DNA of 64,000 bases, from positions 2,023,246-2,087,245 of the forward strand of contig JAUZTB010000094.1 in NCBI GenBank assembly GCA_034780895.1. Reading direction: 5' to 3'. Shown piece after piece: positions 48,479-61,049 of the stretch. A program made the position numbers and the translations under genes. This stretch comes from Rhynchobatus australiae (Eukaryota). Position 1 is the stretch's first letter. Each line of letters begins with the position of its first letter. The notes under the pieces are model-generated. The model ran no database searches and was not told where the DNA came from. It worked only from the letters and a program-made list of their open reading frames with translations.

Positions 48479-50849
48479 NNNNNNNNNNNNNNNNNNNNNN
48501 NNNNNNNNNNNNNNNNNNNNNNNNNNNNNNNNNNNNNNNNNNNNNNNNNNNNNNNNNNNNNNNNNNNNNNNNNNNNNNNNNNNNNNNNNNNNNNNNNNNN
48601 NNNNNNNNNNNNNNNNNNNNNNNNNNNNNNNNNNNNNNNNNNNNNNNNNNNNNNNNNNNNNNNNNNNNNNNNNNNNNNNNNNNNNNNNNNNNNNNNNNNN
48701 NNCACTCTTAACAGTGAATAGAAGTTAGCCAAAAGAGAGAACAGTGCATTGGCACCTAACAGGGACTCTCATACTGAATCACACACAGCCTCCTCGTCCC
48801 TCAGAGCACTCACTACAATAGATTCAGTACTCATTTCGTTGAAGGCCAGCCTGCAGCAGTGTTGCAAGCACTGCATTCACAGGGGGCCTCAATGCAATGG
48901 TCTTTGGCACTGTGCAACTTGTTGCCAATTATGTTGTGTACCAGTGACAGGTTGTTGGAAAGGGAAGCAGGTTTCGGAGGAGCAGTGAATGAGTGTGCAT
49001 CTGGAGATTGTATATGGACTGCTCATGATAGGTGATGTAAAATGCAAAAGATGTGACTGCATTGTCTGTCACCTGCTGTGGAGTAGCCATGTTTGCAGTT
49101 AACATGATTAACCTTGTGCCAGACTGTGTTTATGATCATGTTTGTGGCAATTGATGGTGATTGAACAATTCCTCTTATTTTATAAGGGAGACAAAGAAAG
49201 CAAATACTTTTGAGTTTGTAAGTGGTAACTGACTGCTGTGCTACTCCCTGCAAAACTAAATATAGCAAATCAGAGTGAAAGAGGAGAGAACGAGTCTTTC
49301 AATTGGTCAGTTTCAGGGCAATGTCTGGTTACAAGGGGTAGGTTAGCCTTTGACCTTTCACTTATCAGAACCAATGCCTAAATCCAGCCCAAAGAATATC
49401 CGAAAATAAAAACTGCAGATACTGGAAATCTGTAATGAGAACAGGAAATGGAGTCATAGTCATACAGCACAGAAACAGGCCCTTCAGCCCAACTTGTCTG
49501 TGCTGACCAAGGTGCCACCTAAGCTGGTCCCATTTACCTGCGTTTGATGCTGGGAACACTCAGCAGACTGGGCAGTATCCATGGAGAGGGAATCAGTTCA
49601 TGTTTCAGGCTGAATTGAAGACCCTTCTTCAGAACTGGGAGAGAAAAACTGGGAGTATTAAATTGCAGAAAAAGTGGAGAGAGGAATGGATAGGAAAAAG
49701 GGAATATCTGTGATAGGGTGAAACTGGGTCAAATGGGTTAATGTACCAGTTAGGAGCAGATTATGCTGTCTGTGTTATGTGTAGCTAACAGCAGGGCTGT
49801 GGGACATGCTGCTTAAGGTTTCCATTAGCTCAAAGCCTTCAAATTGAGATTGCATAGCCTTAACCCAATCCCCAACAGACAGGGGCCCACAGCACTACAT
49901 TAACAATCTCACACAGCCAGGCAATGTGCAAAATGGAAAAATCCCATTGGTGTAGTTTGGAGACCTTTGGTGTAAGGTACATTCTCACAATCCTGCTAAA
50001 ATTAGGCAAAATCTCAGCAGAGAAAGGTGGAATATCTGGTTGTTGGACCCACTGGTCTGCATCCTGAAGATGCCTTGGGCATAGAAAACAGATGTAACAG
50101 CCCTGAGGAACCCTCACAGAGGACCTGATGTAGCAGCCTCCTCTCCCTTCAATAAAACCAGGAAGTGCATCTGGGGCTAATGTTTCCGATCGATGAAACT
50201 TCTTCGGAGCTAATAAATCAGGTTCTCATGAAAAGATATTGACCCAAAATGTTCCTCTTTCCTCCGACACTCTGTTTCTGTTTTTTATTTCAGCATCTGC
50301 AGTTGTTTGGTGTTCAATTACTCTCTCCCTCCACTCTGGCTCCAAGCATCTACCTGCTGCTCTTCAGTGGAACTGTGATTCTGATCTCTGGGGCCCTGCG
50401 CTCATGGCTGAGCCCTTCCAGCACCTGCAGGCTGCATCCTGAGATCAGAATCTTCCTCGAAGCCTTCCATGCATTCAGGATGAAATATGTCCCAGAAGGA
50501 AGGAGAAATAACTTATTCTCAAACACTATCAATCCTTGCACAGAAAACCCAAAGGAAATAATATTTGAAATCATTAATTTAAGTCAATATGGAAATTAGG
50601 ACAGTGAGTCAGTCATTTACACAGGGAACAGACTGGTCTATATAGGAAGAATCCATTCCATTATTCCTTTAAGCAAAGGAAGCACCTTTATATTTAACAT
50701 TTGTCATTGCTACAGTTTTATAATGTTCAATTGCTTTGTGACTGACAATTTGTTTCAATGTTATTTTTTAGGACCAACAACCTTCCTCAAAGGGAGTTAT
50801 TAAACGAGAGAATCACTCTGAATCATGCTGTGATGGGTGTTGTAGCGGG

Positions 50850-51620
50850 ACATAGGAAAAGTTCACCAGATTGATTCCTGGCATGGAGAGAGATTGTTCT
50901 GTGAGGAGATTAAGCAGACTGGTCCCATACACGCTGGAGTTTAGAAAAATGAGAGATGGTCTCATTGAAATGTACAAATTCTTACAGGACTTGACAGATA
51001 CAGGAATCAACCTGGTGAACCTTTCCTGTTTTGCTACATTCCCTGCTTCACAAGAATATCCTGTTTTAGGTAGAGGGAAAAGACTTGTAGGGAATATTTC
51101 AGATGTAGTCTCACTAGGGCCCTATATAATTTTAGTAAGGCTTCTGTACTCTTGTGCTCAAACCCTCTTGCAACAAAGGCTGACATGTCATTTGCCTTCC
51201 CACTGAACCTGCATGTTAACTTTCAGTGATTCAGAGCTCCCTCTGAACACCACTACCTTTCAATCTTCCATCATTTTAAAAAAGAATGCACGTTTTTATT
51301 TTTTTCCACTAAAGTGGATGACCTCCCAATACATTCTATCTGCTACATCCTTGCCCATTCACTTATCTGTCCATATGTTGGTGCTGGAAGCATGGTGACA
51401 CTTGTGGGCTGCCCCCAGAACACTCCACGATGTACAGTACATGTGACGAATAAAGCTATCTTACCTTGTATCCCCCGAAGCCCCCCTGCATCCTCCTCAC
51501 AGCCCACACTGCAATCCAGCTTTGTATCATCACCAAACTTGGATATATCACTCTTGATTCCTTTGGCCAATTCATTGATACAGAATGCAAGCAGCTGGAC
51601 GCAATACCCAATCTCTGCAG
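50850..51620. mobile_element. CR1-type LINE pieces in opposite orientations, with a nested SINE tail (about 51375-51465)
   Basis: + piece YTLEFRKMRDGLIEMYK; - piece ISKFGDDTKL. Confidence 0.8.
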
Positions 51621-53659
51621 CAGCCAATATTTTTAGAATACATAGTAAAGGGCCACTAAACCAGTAGACGCAGTCTTGGAAAGGTTAAAATATTTTGAGA
51701 ACTCAAACCCTACAAAATTTTGGTAATGGAAAAGCAATGGAAGCTTGTCTCCAGGTACTGAGGGCAGTAACAGTAGAGCAGCAGGAAGCACTGAGCTTTC
51801 TTTATTTAAAGAATGTTTTCTTTGTCTTCCTCTTCCGTACGTTTATGTAACTCATGATGAAAGCTGATCATCTTATAAAGTAGCAGACAAGAAGCATTTA
51901 GTTTCTGCTCTACAGCCCAGGTGAAGGCATTGTCAGTCCTGGCGTCTACCTGCACTTCTTGACTTTTGGATCTCCTGGGTCCTTAACTGGTGTTTTAACA
52001 AATGGAAATGTACCACACTTGTGTGCACACACATACACGACATTTAATAAAGGCAGAGTGGGAAGGGAACCATCCTGTTCTCAAACACTATTAACCCTCA
52101 CAGAGAAAACCCATGAAAAATATTTGAAAACATGGAAATTAGGGTAGTGGGATCGGTCATTTACACAGGGAACAGACTGGTCTGCATAGGAAGAACCCAT
52201 TCCTTTATTCCTTTTACCAAAAGGAGCACCCTTTTATATGACATTTGCTGTTGCCACTGTTTTATAATGTACAGTTTTTTTGTGACTGAAAGTTCATTTC
52301 TTTCTATATATTTTTAGGACCAACAACCTTTCTAAAAAGAAGCTATTAAAAGAGAAAACCTCTTTGAATCGTGCTGTGACGGGTGTTGTAATGCAAGTGC
52401 AACTGTAGAATATATTGTGAGTTAAATAAAGTTACATTATACTGAGAAGGTGGTCAGGGCTTCGATGTTTTGAATTTTATTCCTTGCATCATTTGTTCAT
52501 TTATCTCAATGATATTACGCGGGTATAAATTGAATAGGCTGGGTCTTCCATTGATTGTCATGAATTTGCTAGTCACCTCTACCTGGAGCCTGCATACAGC
52601 ACAGAAACATGCCCTTCAGCCCACTGAATCCCTGCTGGTGATCAAGCACCCATTTTTACATTAGTTCGATCCTAACCCATTTTATTCTCCCCACATTCCA
52701 ATTCAACTACCCCCAGATTCTACCACTCACCTACACATTAGGGACAATTTACAGCAGCCAATCGATCTTCCAACTTGCATATTTTTGGGATGTGGGAGGA
52801 CACCAGAGCACCCGAGCGAAACCCATGCGGTCACAAGGAGAACATGCAAACTCCACACAGACAGCACTGGAGGCCAGGATTGAACACAGGTCTGGAACTC
52901 TTAATAAACACGGGAAAGATTACGCTGCAGCTGAACTCCCCTCAGCTAGGGTTCACAAGGTGAGCTGCTATTGACCACTTTTAATACACATCTGACTTTC
53001 ATTTGGATTTATTTTGATGAATTCCATTTATTCAAAAATATTCAGTGGTTGGTTCTGAAGTGAATTGGTACTGTTTTCCACTGTCACTAGAGCAACTGTT
53101 AGGAATCTGACCATTTAGAACACTCTGTCCTACCTTTAACCAGCTGGAGATTTCGAACTGTGCAGCACACTCCAGCAACTTTTCCAGCTTCCATGTTCTG
53201 TTATATCAACCCCTAATAATCCCCCCTAAGTGGTGGCCATCAGGAAACATCCAAGTTTTTTAGATTTTTACAGGAGTGTCATTTCATTAAAATCTAATCC
53301 TTTCAATGTTAACTGTAAAAAGAGAAACTTTATTCTTCCAGGACAGTCAAAGTGTAGCTTCGGATTTATATATCATGATGGTAAAGGCAAAATATCCCAA
53401 GCAACACCGGCTCTTCCCGCACATGCAACATGAAATAGATTAGTTCATTATAAATTGGTAAGCTGTATCAAAATAGAAGTGACAATTACTTTATTTTTAC
53501 AGAACACAAACGGGCCATTGAGCCTTTGATGTCCACGCCTTATCCCACTTTTCCCTTCATCCTATACAATGTCAATGTACATGAGTGAGGACAGGAGTAG
53601 CAGAAAGCCATGGAAGAAGTTTGGGGCTCTGATGAGCCAACCCTGACTTTTAAATACCA

Positions 53660-54060
53660 AAGGTTGACCAGACTGAATTTTGGAAGGGCATGACAGTCAT
53701 ATGAGGAAAAGTTGGGTTGACAAGGCCTAAATTCACTGGAGTTTAGGAAAACGAAAGGAGATCTCGTTAAGCTGCACACATTTCTGACAAGGCTAGATAG
53801 ACAGGCTGTTTCTCCGGCTGGGGTGTCTAGAACCAGGATTCACAGTCTCAGGAAACAGGATTAGACATTCAGGATGGGATCAGGAGGCATTACTTCATCC
53901 AGGGGGTTGGTGAACCTGCAGCATTCTCTGCCACAGAAGATGAGGGAAGCAAAGTCGCTGAATATGTTTCAGAAGGAAGGTAGATTTCCGGACGCAAAAA
54001 TTGCGATAGAGGATCAACCAGGATTATAGTGAACGGCAGAATGGGCGACTCCTGCTCCTC
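53660..54060 (+). mobile_element. CR1-type LINE 3' fragment
   Basis: aggttgaccagactga...tatgaggaaaagttg...ctggagtttaggaaaacgaaaggagatctc...gggcgactcctgctcct. Confidence 0.75.
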
Positions 54061-54169
54061 CATTCAAAACATAAAACCTGCAGTTGCTGCAAATTTAAAA
54101 CAAAACAGAAAATGCTGGAAACGTTCAACAGATCGGGGAACAGCTCTGAAGGGAGAAGCAGATTTCACG

Positions 54170-54830
54170 CCTTAGGTCCGGGACCACTGGGCAGCCGGTT
54201 CCCGGCCGGGACACCGACTGGATCCTCCCGCTGGCCGTTGTCAATCAGCAGCCACTTCCTGTTCCGGCGGGGTGACCTCGGAGCTGCTCTCCCCTGCTCT
54301 CGTTCGGTAACTGAGTCGCGAGACACGGCGCGTGGNNNNNNNNNNNNNNNNNNNNNNNNNNNNNNNNNNNNNNNNNNNNNNNNNNNNNNNNNNNNNNNNN
54401 NNNNNNNNNNNNNNNNNNNNNNNNNNNNNNNNNNNGTGGGTCAACGGCCGCCGTCCGGCTCCGGGCTCCCGCCTCCCGCAACGGCCGCCGTCCGGCTCCG
54501 GGCTCCCGCCTCCCGCAACGGCCGCCGTCCGGCTCCGGGCTCCGGGCTCCCGCCTCCCGCAACGGCCGCCGTCCGGCTCCGGGCTCCCGCCTCCCGCCTC
54601 CCACAACGGCCGCTGGCGGGTACTTGCTGGTCCTCACCGGGTCGCCCGCAGCTCCTTGGACCGATACCGAGGACCAGCATCTGGGCCCGGGGTGGGAGTT
54701 AGCACAGCCCGTGGTCCCGTCCTATCGCCCACTTCACAGCCACGGGCTGGGTGGGGCGGCCGGTCTGCGGGCAGCAGCGGCGTGGTGGTGGCGGGACGAG
54801 GTGCCCATGTCTGAGACCCACGGAAGTTGG
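54170..54830 (+). promoter_or_regulatory. CpG island: COX14 promoter and non-coding exon 1 (about 54250-54306)
   Basis: Very GC- and CpG-rich; tandem ETS/GABP-like sites CACTTCCTGTTCCGG at about 54253-54267; donor TCG|gtaact at 54306/54307. Confidence 0.7.
54442..54615 (+). repeat. GC-rich VNTR, 37-bp unit caacggccgccgtccggctccgggctcccgcctcccg, in COX14 intron 1
   Basis: At least 4 visible units with 7-bp sub-repeat slippage, next to an N gap. Confidence 0.95.
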
Positions 54831-55219
54831 AACAATCTCGGTCACTTCCCTGCCTTTTTTGTTAGCTGCCACTAAATTCAACCAGCATGACATCATGTCC
54901 AGTAGTGTACGTCTGCTGTCTGCCAGGTTCATGGTTTACGGTGGGGTGTAGGTGAGGGTGCAGGAAGGAGTTATGTTGCCTTTATTCTAATCATGAACGT
55001 TTGCTTTTAAGGTTTGAACAGAGAGGAAAACAATTCCCTGCTGTCATAGAGGATTTGCATTTGAAAGGTACCTTTAAGACTGTTAAAACCCTGTTTACAT
55101 GTTGCAATGCTATATGTATAACAAGTAATATTTAAATCTAGATGGTAAGGATAATCTTTGATTAAAATGCTTTAGTAAAAGGGTATTACAATCTAAAACG
55201 TTTGGGAGCCTTTGTTATT

Positions 55220-56510
55220 GAGTCATAGAGTTGTACAGCACAGAAACAGGACCTTCAGCCCACCATGTCCATGCTGACCTTTTTGCCCAGCTACACTAAT
55301 CCCATTTGCCCACATTAGACCCATATCCTTCTGTGCCTTGCCTATTTAAGTGCCTATCTAAATGTCGCTTAAATGCAGTGAATATATCTGACTCCATCAC
55401 TTTCTCTGGCAGCAAGTTCCAGATACTAACCGCTCCCTCTGTTTTAAAAATTTACCCCTCAGATCCCCTTTAAAACTCCTTCCCCTCAACTTAAAACCAC
55501 TTGTTTTGGTACCCCTACCATGGGGGAAAAGTTCTATCTACCTCGTATAATTTTAAATATCTCTGTCAGGTCACCCCTCAGCCTCCTTTGCTCCGGAGAA
55601 AATAAGCCAAACCTGTCCAGTGTTTTGCCATTACTAAAGTCCTCCAATCCAGGCAACATCCTGGTGAATCTCCTATGCACTCTCTCTAGTGCAACCATAT
55701 CCTTCACTTAGTGTGGTGACCAGAACTGCACACAATACTTCAAGTACAACCTAACTAGTGTTTTGTACAGTTACAACATGGTGTCCCAACTTTTTTATTC
55801 TCTGCCCTGATCTATCAAGGCAAACATGCCTTATACCTTCTTCACTTCCCCTATCTACTGTGTTGCCGTTTCAGGAAACTATGGACTTGGGCCCCAAGGT
55901 CCCTCTGTTCATCATCATTCCTTAACAACCTATCATTTATTGTACATGTCCTAGCATTTATGACTTTGCAAAATGCATCACCTCACACTTGTCAGGATTA
56001 AATTCCATCAGCTGATGCTGTGCCCAACTTTTCATTTGATCTACATCCTGTAGTGGTCTTTGACAACCTTCCTCACTATCCACAGCACCATCAACTTTCA
56101 TGTCATCTGCAAACTTGCTAATTATACCTCCTACATTCACATTCAAGTCATCAATATTTATCACAAATAACTTACAATCTTCTTAGTTACCTTCTCAAAA
56201 CATTGAATTAGTAGGGCACACAAAGCCATGCTCTCTATCCCCAATCAGCCCCTGCCTTTCCAAATGTAAATAAATCCTATCCCTTAGGATTTTCTCCAGT
56301 AATTTTCCTATCACTGACATAAGTTCACTGGTCTGGCTGCCCTTTTTAAATAAAGACACAACATTAGCTACCTTCCAGATTTCTGGTACCCCTCCTGTGG
56401 CTGAAGANNNNNNNNNNNNNNNNNNNNNNNNNNNNNNNNNNNNNNNNNNNNNNNNNNNNNNNNNNNTGGATAGATCTCATCCAGACTTGGGGATTTATCA
56501 ACCCTTATGT
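55220..56510 (-). mobile_element. CR1-type LINE fragment including RT core
   Basis: INIDDL...ISKFADDMKV...MEFNPDKCEVMHF in ORF 55958..56164. Confidence 0.9.
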
Positions 56511-57224
56511 GTCCTATGACATCTCATCTGTTCTGTTTCCTTATTTGGATACTCTCTCTATTTGTATCCATGGGCAACATTTGTACGTGGCAGTTGAGAC
56601 ACTCTGGGAGAGCTGCCTTTGTTGGGAGTGGTTGTTGGGGTCATTTGAGTCATTCTGCATACATGTAGGTGCTTGAGTACTATTTCTTCCCCCAGCTTCT
56701 ACACCAAGAGCCACATATGTAAGTAGTGCTCAGCATTGTGACTGAGCACGCTCCAAATGAGAGACTACAGCCCACAGAGTCAGCTAAATACACAGGTACT
56801 CATGTCCATCCCAGGCCACTCCTGGTGACTGGTCAGGTGATGTGACTGCTCCTCACCCTGGGTTCGCGACCATTTTGGTGAAATTGTGCAGGGTATCCAT
56901 ATCTACTTTTCCTTCTGAAATCAGCACCCTGTTTTTGGCTTGAGCCTGACTGATCCTATTTCAGACACCTGCTCCACGGATGTGTTTGTTGGGTTACCAG
57001 TGCATGGTGAAGTTGTGCACCTAATTTCTCACTTGGCACTGAATCCCTTAATGTTCAGAGGAAGTGTGTTCCTGGCAGGTGGAAAGCAAATCAGTAACCC
57101 TTGCCCACCAGAAAAAATAACATATCCCCTCCTTGTTCAAGAACCACAGCAGTTGGGCAAGAGTTTGTTTCAGCCCTTTTCCCCTCCAGCTAAAACTTGG
57201 TGTATGTGTTCCAGATCCATCACC

Positions 57225-57401
57225 ATGGTGTCCTCTAAGAGACTTGCAGACATGGGTTACAAGATGGTTTCTGGCTCAATGATATTACTGACAGTATACG
57301 GTGGTTATCTGTGCAGTCTCCGTGTCTACCGCTTCTTCCAGAGACAAAAGACCTTGAAGGCAGCAGCTAAAGATCAAGCCAGTGAAATAATAAAAGACTA
57401 A
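57225..57401 (+). CDS. COX14: Cytochrome c oxidase assembly factor COX14, 58 aa, single coding exon
   Basis: MVSSKRLADMGYKMVSGSMILLTVYGGYLCSLRVYRFFQRQK... matches the COX14 signature LAD.GYK...SM.LLTVYGGYLCS.RVY. Strong Kozak CACCATGG; acceptor tgtgttccag just upstream (exon starts 57215). Confidence 0.95.
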   Translation: MVSSKRLADMGYKMVSGSMILLTVYGGYLCSLRVYRFFQRQKTLKAAAKDQASEIIKD

Positions 57402-57789
57402 AAGCTGCTCCTGTCCTGGGGAAACACCCTCACTCCCACCCTTTCAGTATGTAAGAAATGAATGCTTCATGTTGTATATCTAGCTACTGGAATTGTGTGA
57501 ATCAACTTTAAAATCTATTTGTTATAAAATGTTTAAATAATTCTGTTGAAAGTGATTTGTTTTGAGCTTTGTGTAGATTCATTTTTATCATGTTCTTTAA
57601 AGCTCAGTGGGCTGTTTCTTCCACAGCCTTTGTACAGAAGTGGTTAGTGATTTGGTTCAATGACCTTACAACACCAGCTTTTGCCAGTTCTCCTGAAAGA
57701 CTCTTGTCAAGTACAGAGGCAGGGCAAGGGGCAGAAAGACATGGATGAAGATTGAGCAAGAGGAGAGATCAAGGTAAATATGGTGGTGA

Positions 57790-58110
57790 TGAGACCAGGT
57801 GAAAACAAACTGGAGCAGTGGTAATCACCTAATATTGTTGAATTTGGATCCAGTAGGTTGTAGTGTGCTTAAGAACAGGTGCTTTTACTGGAGCTTTGAG
57901 CTGCACTACAGTGGTGTCATTTGGAGGGGGGATTGGGAAGGAGAATTGAGTGGCAGTTGACTGGGTGATGTTTGCAGACTGAATGGAGATGGTCCATAAA
58001 GTAGTCACTCAGTTTGGGTTTGGTTGTCCCAGTGCAGAGACCTCATCAGCAGTGCCTACAATAGACAGAATTGGAAGAATAGTAAGACTCCAATAATCAG
58101 CACACTGAGG
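57790..58110 (-). mobile_element. Penelope-like fragment, highly degenerate
   Basis: Resembles the minus-strand fragment at 130-540. Confidence 0.5.
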
Positions 58111-58134
58111 ATTTTGGTGTCAAGAGCAAGTTGG

Positions 58135-59330
58135 AATCATACAGCACAGAATCATGCTGGTCCCATTTGCCTGCATTTGGCCCACGTCCCTCTAAGTCTT
58201 TCCTATCCAAGTACCTGTCAAGTGTCTTTTAAACATTGTAATGTACCTGCCTCAACCACTTCCTATGGCAGCTTGTTCCACATACCCACCACACTGTGTG
58301 AAAATCTTTCCCTTCTAGTTTTAGATTCCCCTACCCTTGGAAAATGACTATGACTGTCTACCCTTAGAGGTTTATAAAATTATGAGGGGCATAAGGTCAC
58401 CCCTCGGCCTCCTGTGCTCTGGTGAGAACAATTACTGCCTATCCAATCTCTCCTTGTAACTACAGCCCTCCATTCCAGGCAAGATGCTGGTGAATCTCTG
58501 TCTTAGCACTCCTGAACGGCTGCAACATGATGTCCCAACTTTTATGCTCAATACCCCTGTCCATATAGGTAAGCAGGCTAAACACTGCCTTCACTACCAT
58601 ATCCAGCAGTGTCACCACTTTCAGGGAGCTCTGCACTTGCAGCCCAAGGTCCTTCTGTACATCACACTCCTGACATCCCTGCCATTTACTGTACACGTCT
58701 GGCCAGTATCAGATGACCCAGTATGCATTACCTCACACTTGTCTGGATTAAATTCCATCTGCCCCTGCTCTACCCAACTTTCCAGCTGATCACCGTCCCT
58801 CTGTATCCTGAGGCAACCATCCTCACTATCTACAACTCCACCAATCTTTGTATCACCAGCAAACTTATCAGACCACAGAATTCTCACTCAAGTATACAGA
58901 TATGACACACAACACAGGTCCCACCACTGGTTACAGACTTCCAGTCAGGAAAACCCCATCCACCCCTACCCTCTGCTCCTATCACTGAGTTCATTTTGGA
59001 TCCAGTTTCCCAAAACACCTTGGATCCCATGTGCCTGAACTTTCTGGACCAGCCTACTGTGTGGGGCCTTGCTCAAGTCCACGTATACCACATCTACTGC
59101 CTTGCCTTCATCAAGTTTCTTCATAACCTCCTCAATCAAATTTGAGCGACAGAATCTCCCCTGCACAAAACCACACCGACTCCCCCAATCAGCCTTTCCA
59201 AGTGATCATAAATCCTGTCCTCAACAATTTTTTCCCAATAGTTTCCCGACTACTGCCTGTAGTTTCCTGGCTTAGCCCCATTGCCCTCCTTGAATGTAGG
59301 AACAACATTAGCTACTTCCAGTATGCACTT
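58135..59330 (-). mobile_element. CR1-type LINE fragment (RT)
   Basis: KFAGDTKIGGVVDSE, DEGKAVDVVYVDLSKA and MEFNPDKCEVMH motifs. Confidence 0.9.
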
Positions 59331-59837
59331 CATGCATAGTTGTCAGGGACACCCAACATCTTGATCCACAGGAGGAGCACACCAGTCCACTGACAGCCAC
59401 TTCTGCCTCCAAAGTGAATACTGGGTTAAAGAGAGAAGACCTCAAGGTCAGCACTTTGACTTCAAACTGGTCATTTCACTGGTTAAAACACTCCTTTACA
59501 CCACTTCCGCTCTCTCCCCCACCCCAACCCCGAGTAGTGCTGGAGTTTCCAGACAAGTGAATGGTATTTCTATTAATACTCCAGTGCAATTCTATTCACT
59601 TTTAAACATATTACAGTGGCATAATGTTCCAGTGAACCCAGCGAGTTTAAAGGGAGCAGGAAATGGAAGCTGATGAGTTTCAGCTTGTCAAAGTGAGCTG
59701 AAACAAGTGCTCCAGTCACAAACTTTCCCACATCCCAGTGTTCCCAAACCAGGCTCTGGCTGCACACCCAGCTGTAGCCTGGACCCCCAGCTCGCACTCA
59801 ACTAAGGAGTGTGACCTCAAATGTGGTCTCTTGCATT

Positions 59838-60230
59838 GCTTAATTAGGGACAGTCAGCATGGCTTTGTGCAGGGCAACTCATGCCTTACTAACTTGATGG
59901 GGGTGATTGATGAAGGTAGAGCTGTGGATGTTGTCTACGTGGATTTTAGCAAGGTGTTTGACAAGGACCCTCATGGAAGGGACATCAGCTTTGTAAAACT
60001 TTGTAAAATTTGGACTATTGCACTGAGTTCTGGTTGCCCCATTATAGGAAGGATGTGGAGGCTTGGAGAAGGTGCAGAGGAGGTTCACCAAGATGCTGCC
60101 TGGATTAGAGGGCATGTGCTATGAAGAGAGGTTAGACAAACTTGGGTTGTTTTCTCTGGAGTGGCAGAGGCTGAGGGGAGACCTGACAGAGGTTTATAAG
60201 ATTATGAGTCATAGATAAAGTAGACAGCTG
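59838..60230 (+). mobile_element. CR1-type LINE fragment with internal deletion
   Basis: LIRDSQHGFVQG.SCLTNL...DEGRAVDVVYVDFSKVFDK.PHGR joined directly to the C-terminal LEKVQRRFT region. Confidence 0.9.
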
Positions 60231-61049
60231 GTCACTTATCAGCAAGGACAGACAGGCTTGAGGCAGGAGGAATCCCAGCAATAGCTGGAGGTCCAGACTC
60301 TACATTGAGGACTAGGTGCAATGTGGGCAAGGGAGATAAAAATATAGCAGCTGTGACACAGGGAGAGCCGGGGTATGGTGGTAGTTGCTTTCAGCAGCCA
60401 AGGTAGATTGGGCAAGTAAGCAGTGCCCTGAGCAGCGAGATTACTGGTGTGAGCAGATCAGAGATGACACTGCTACAAGTTCAAGGTAGTGGGCTGGGCC
60501 TGCCCCAAGGTTTGAACCACTGCTGCAGCCCCTGCTAAAGCAGGAGGGGCTAGGGCAGAGCTTGGGGTAGGGGAGTTGGTGCCTGAGATGTCTAACAAAG
60601 TGAACAGATAGTAATCAGAAAGAGCACTGACTATTTTGACAGCAAGTGCAAAATATGCCTGCCTCTCACCTTGTGACTAAAAGCCCCCACTGGGTAACTG
60701 TTATTTTAAAAAAGTACTGATACAAGTTTTCCTCACTAATTGTCTTGTTAGTCAGGGTCACCCTCTGTCTAACTGCTGGAGGAACTCAGCAGATCAGGCA
60801 GCTTCTGCGGAGGGAAATAATGTTTTGGGTCAAGACCCTTCATTTGATTCAGACCCACTGAGTTTCTCCAACAGTTTGTTTTTTGCTCCAGATTCAAACA
60901 TCTGGAGTCTGTGTCTTGGCCACTGTCTAAATATCTGACCCCGTTGCCAAAGGCAGGTTCTGAAATTACTTTCTTTCTGTNNNNNNNNNNNNNNNTGACT
61001 TAAAGCACTACCTGGGAGTGTGGTGGCTGCACCAGTGAGAGCAGAAACA

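Noticed and set aside
52430-52450. acatt..tactgagaagg resembling the 3' end of a C/D snoRNA (SNORD59-like, from memory)
   Set aside because: No upstream C box (RTGATGA), terminal stem partner or guide sequence at a suitable distance.
54112-54951. Cluster of overlapping Pro/Arg/Gly-rich ORFs
   Set aside because: Artefact of the GC-rich VNTR and N gap, which lack stop codons.
56940-57224. N-terminal extension of the COX14 ORF (153 aa in the track)
   Set aside because: Starts at a non-ATG codon in intron sequence; an acceptor at 57213-57214 and a strong Kozak ATG at 57225 define the real start.
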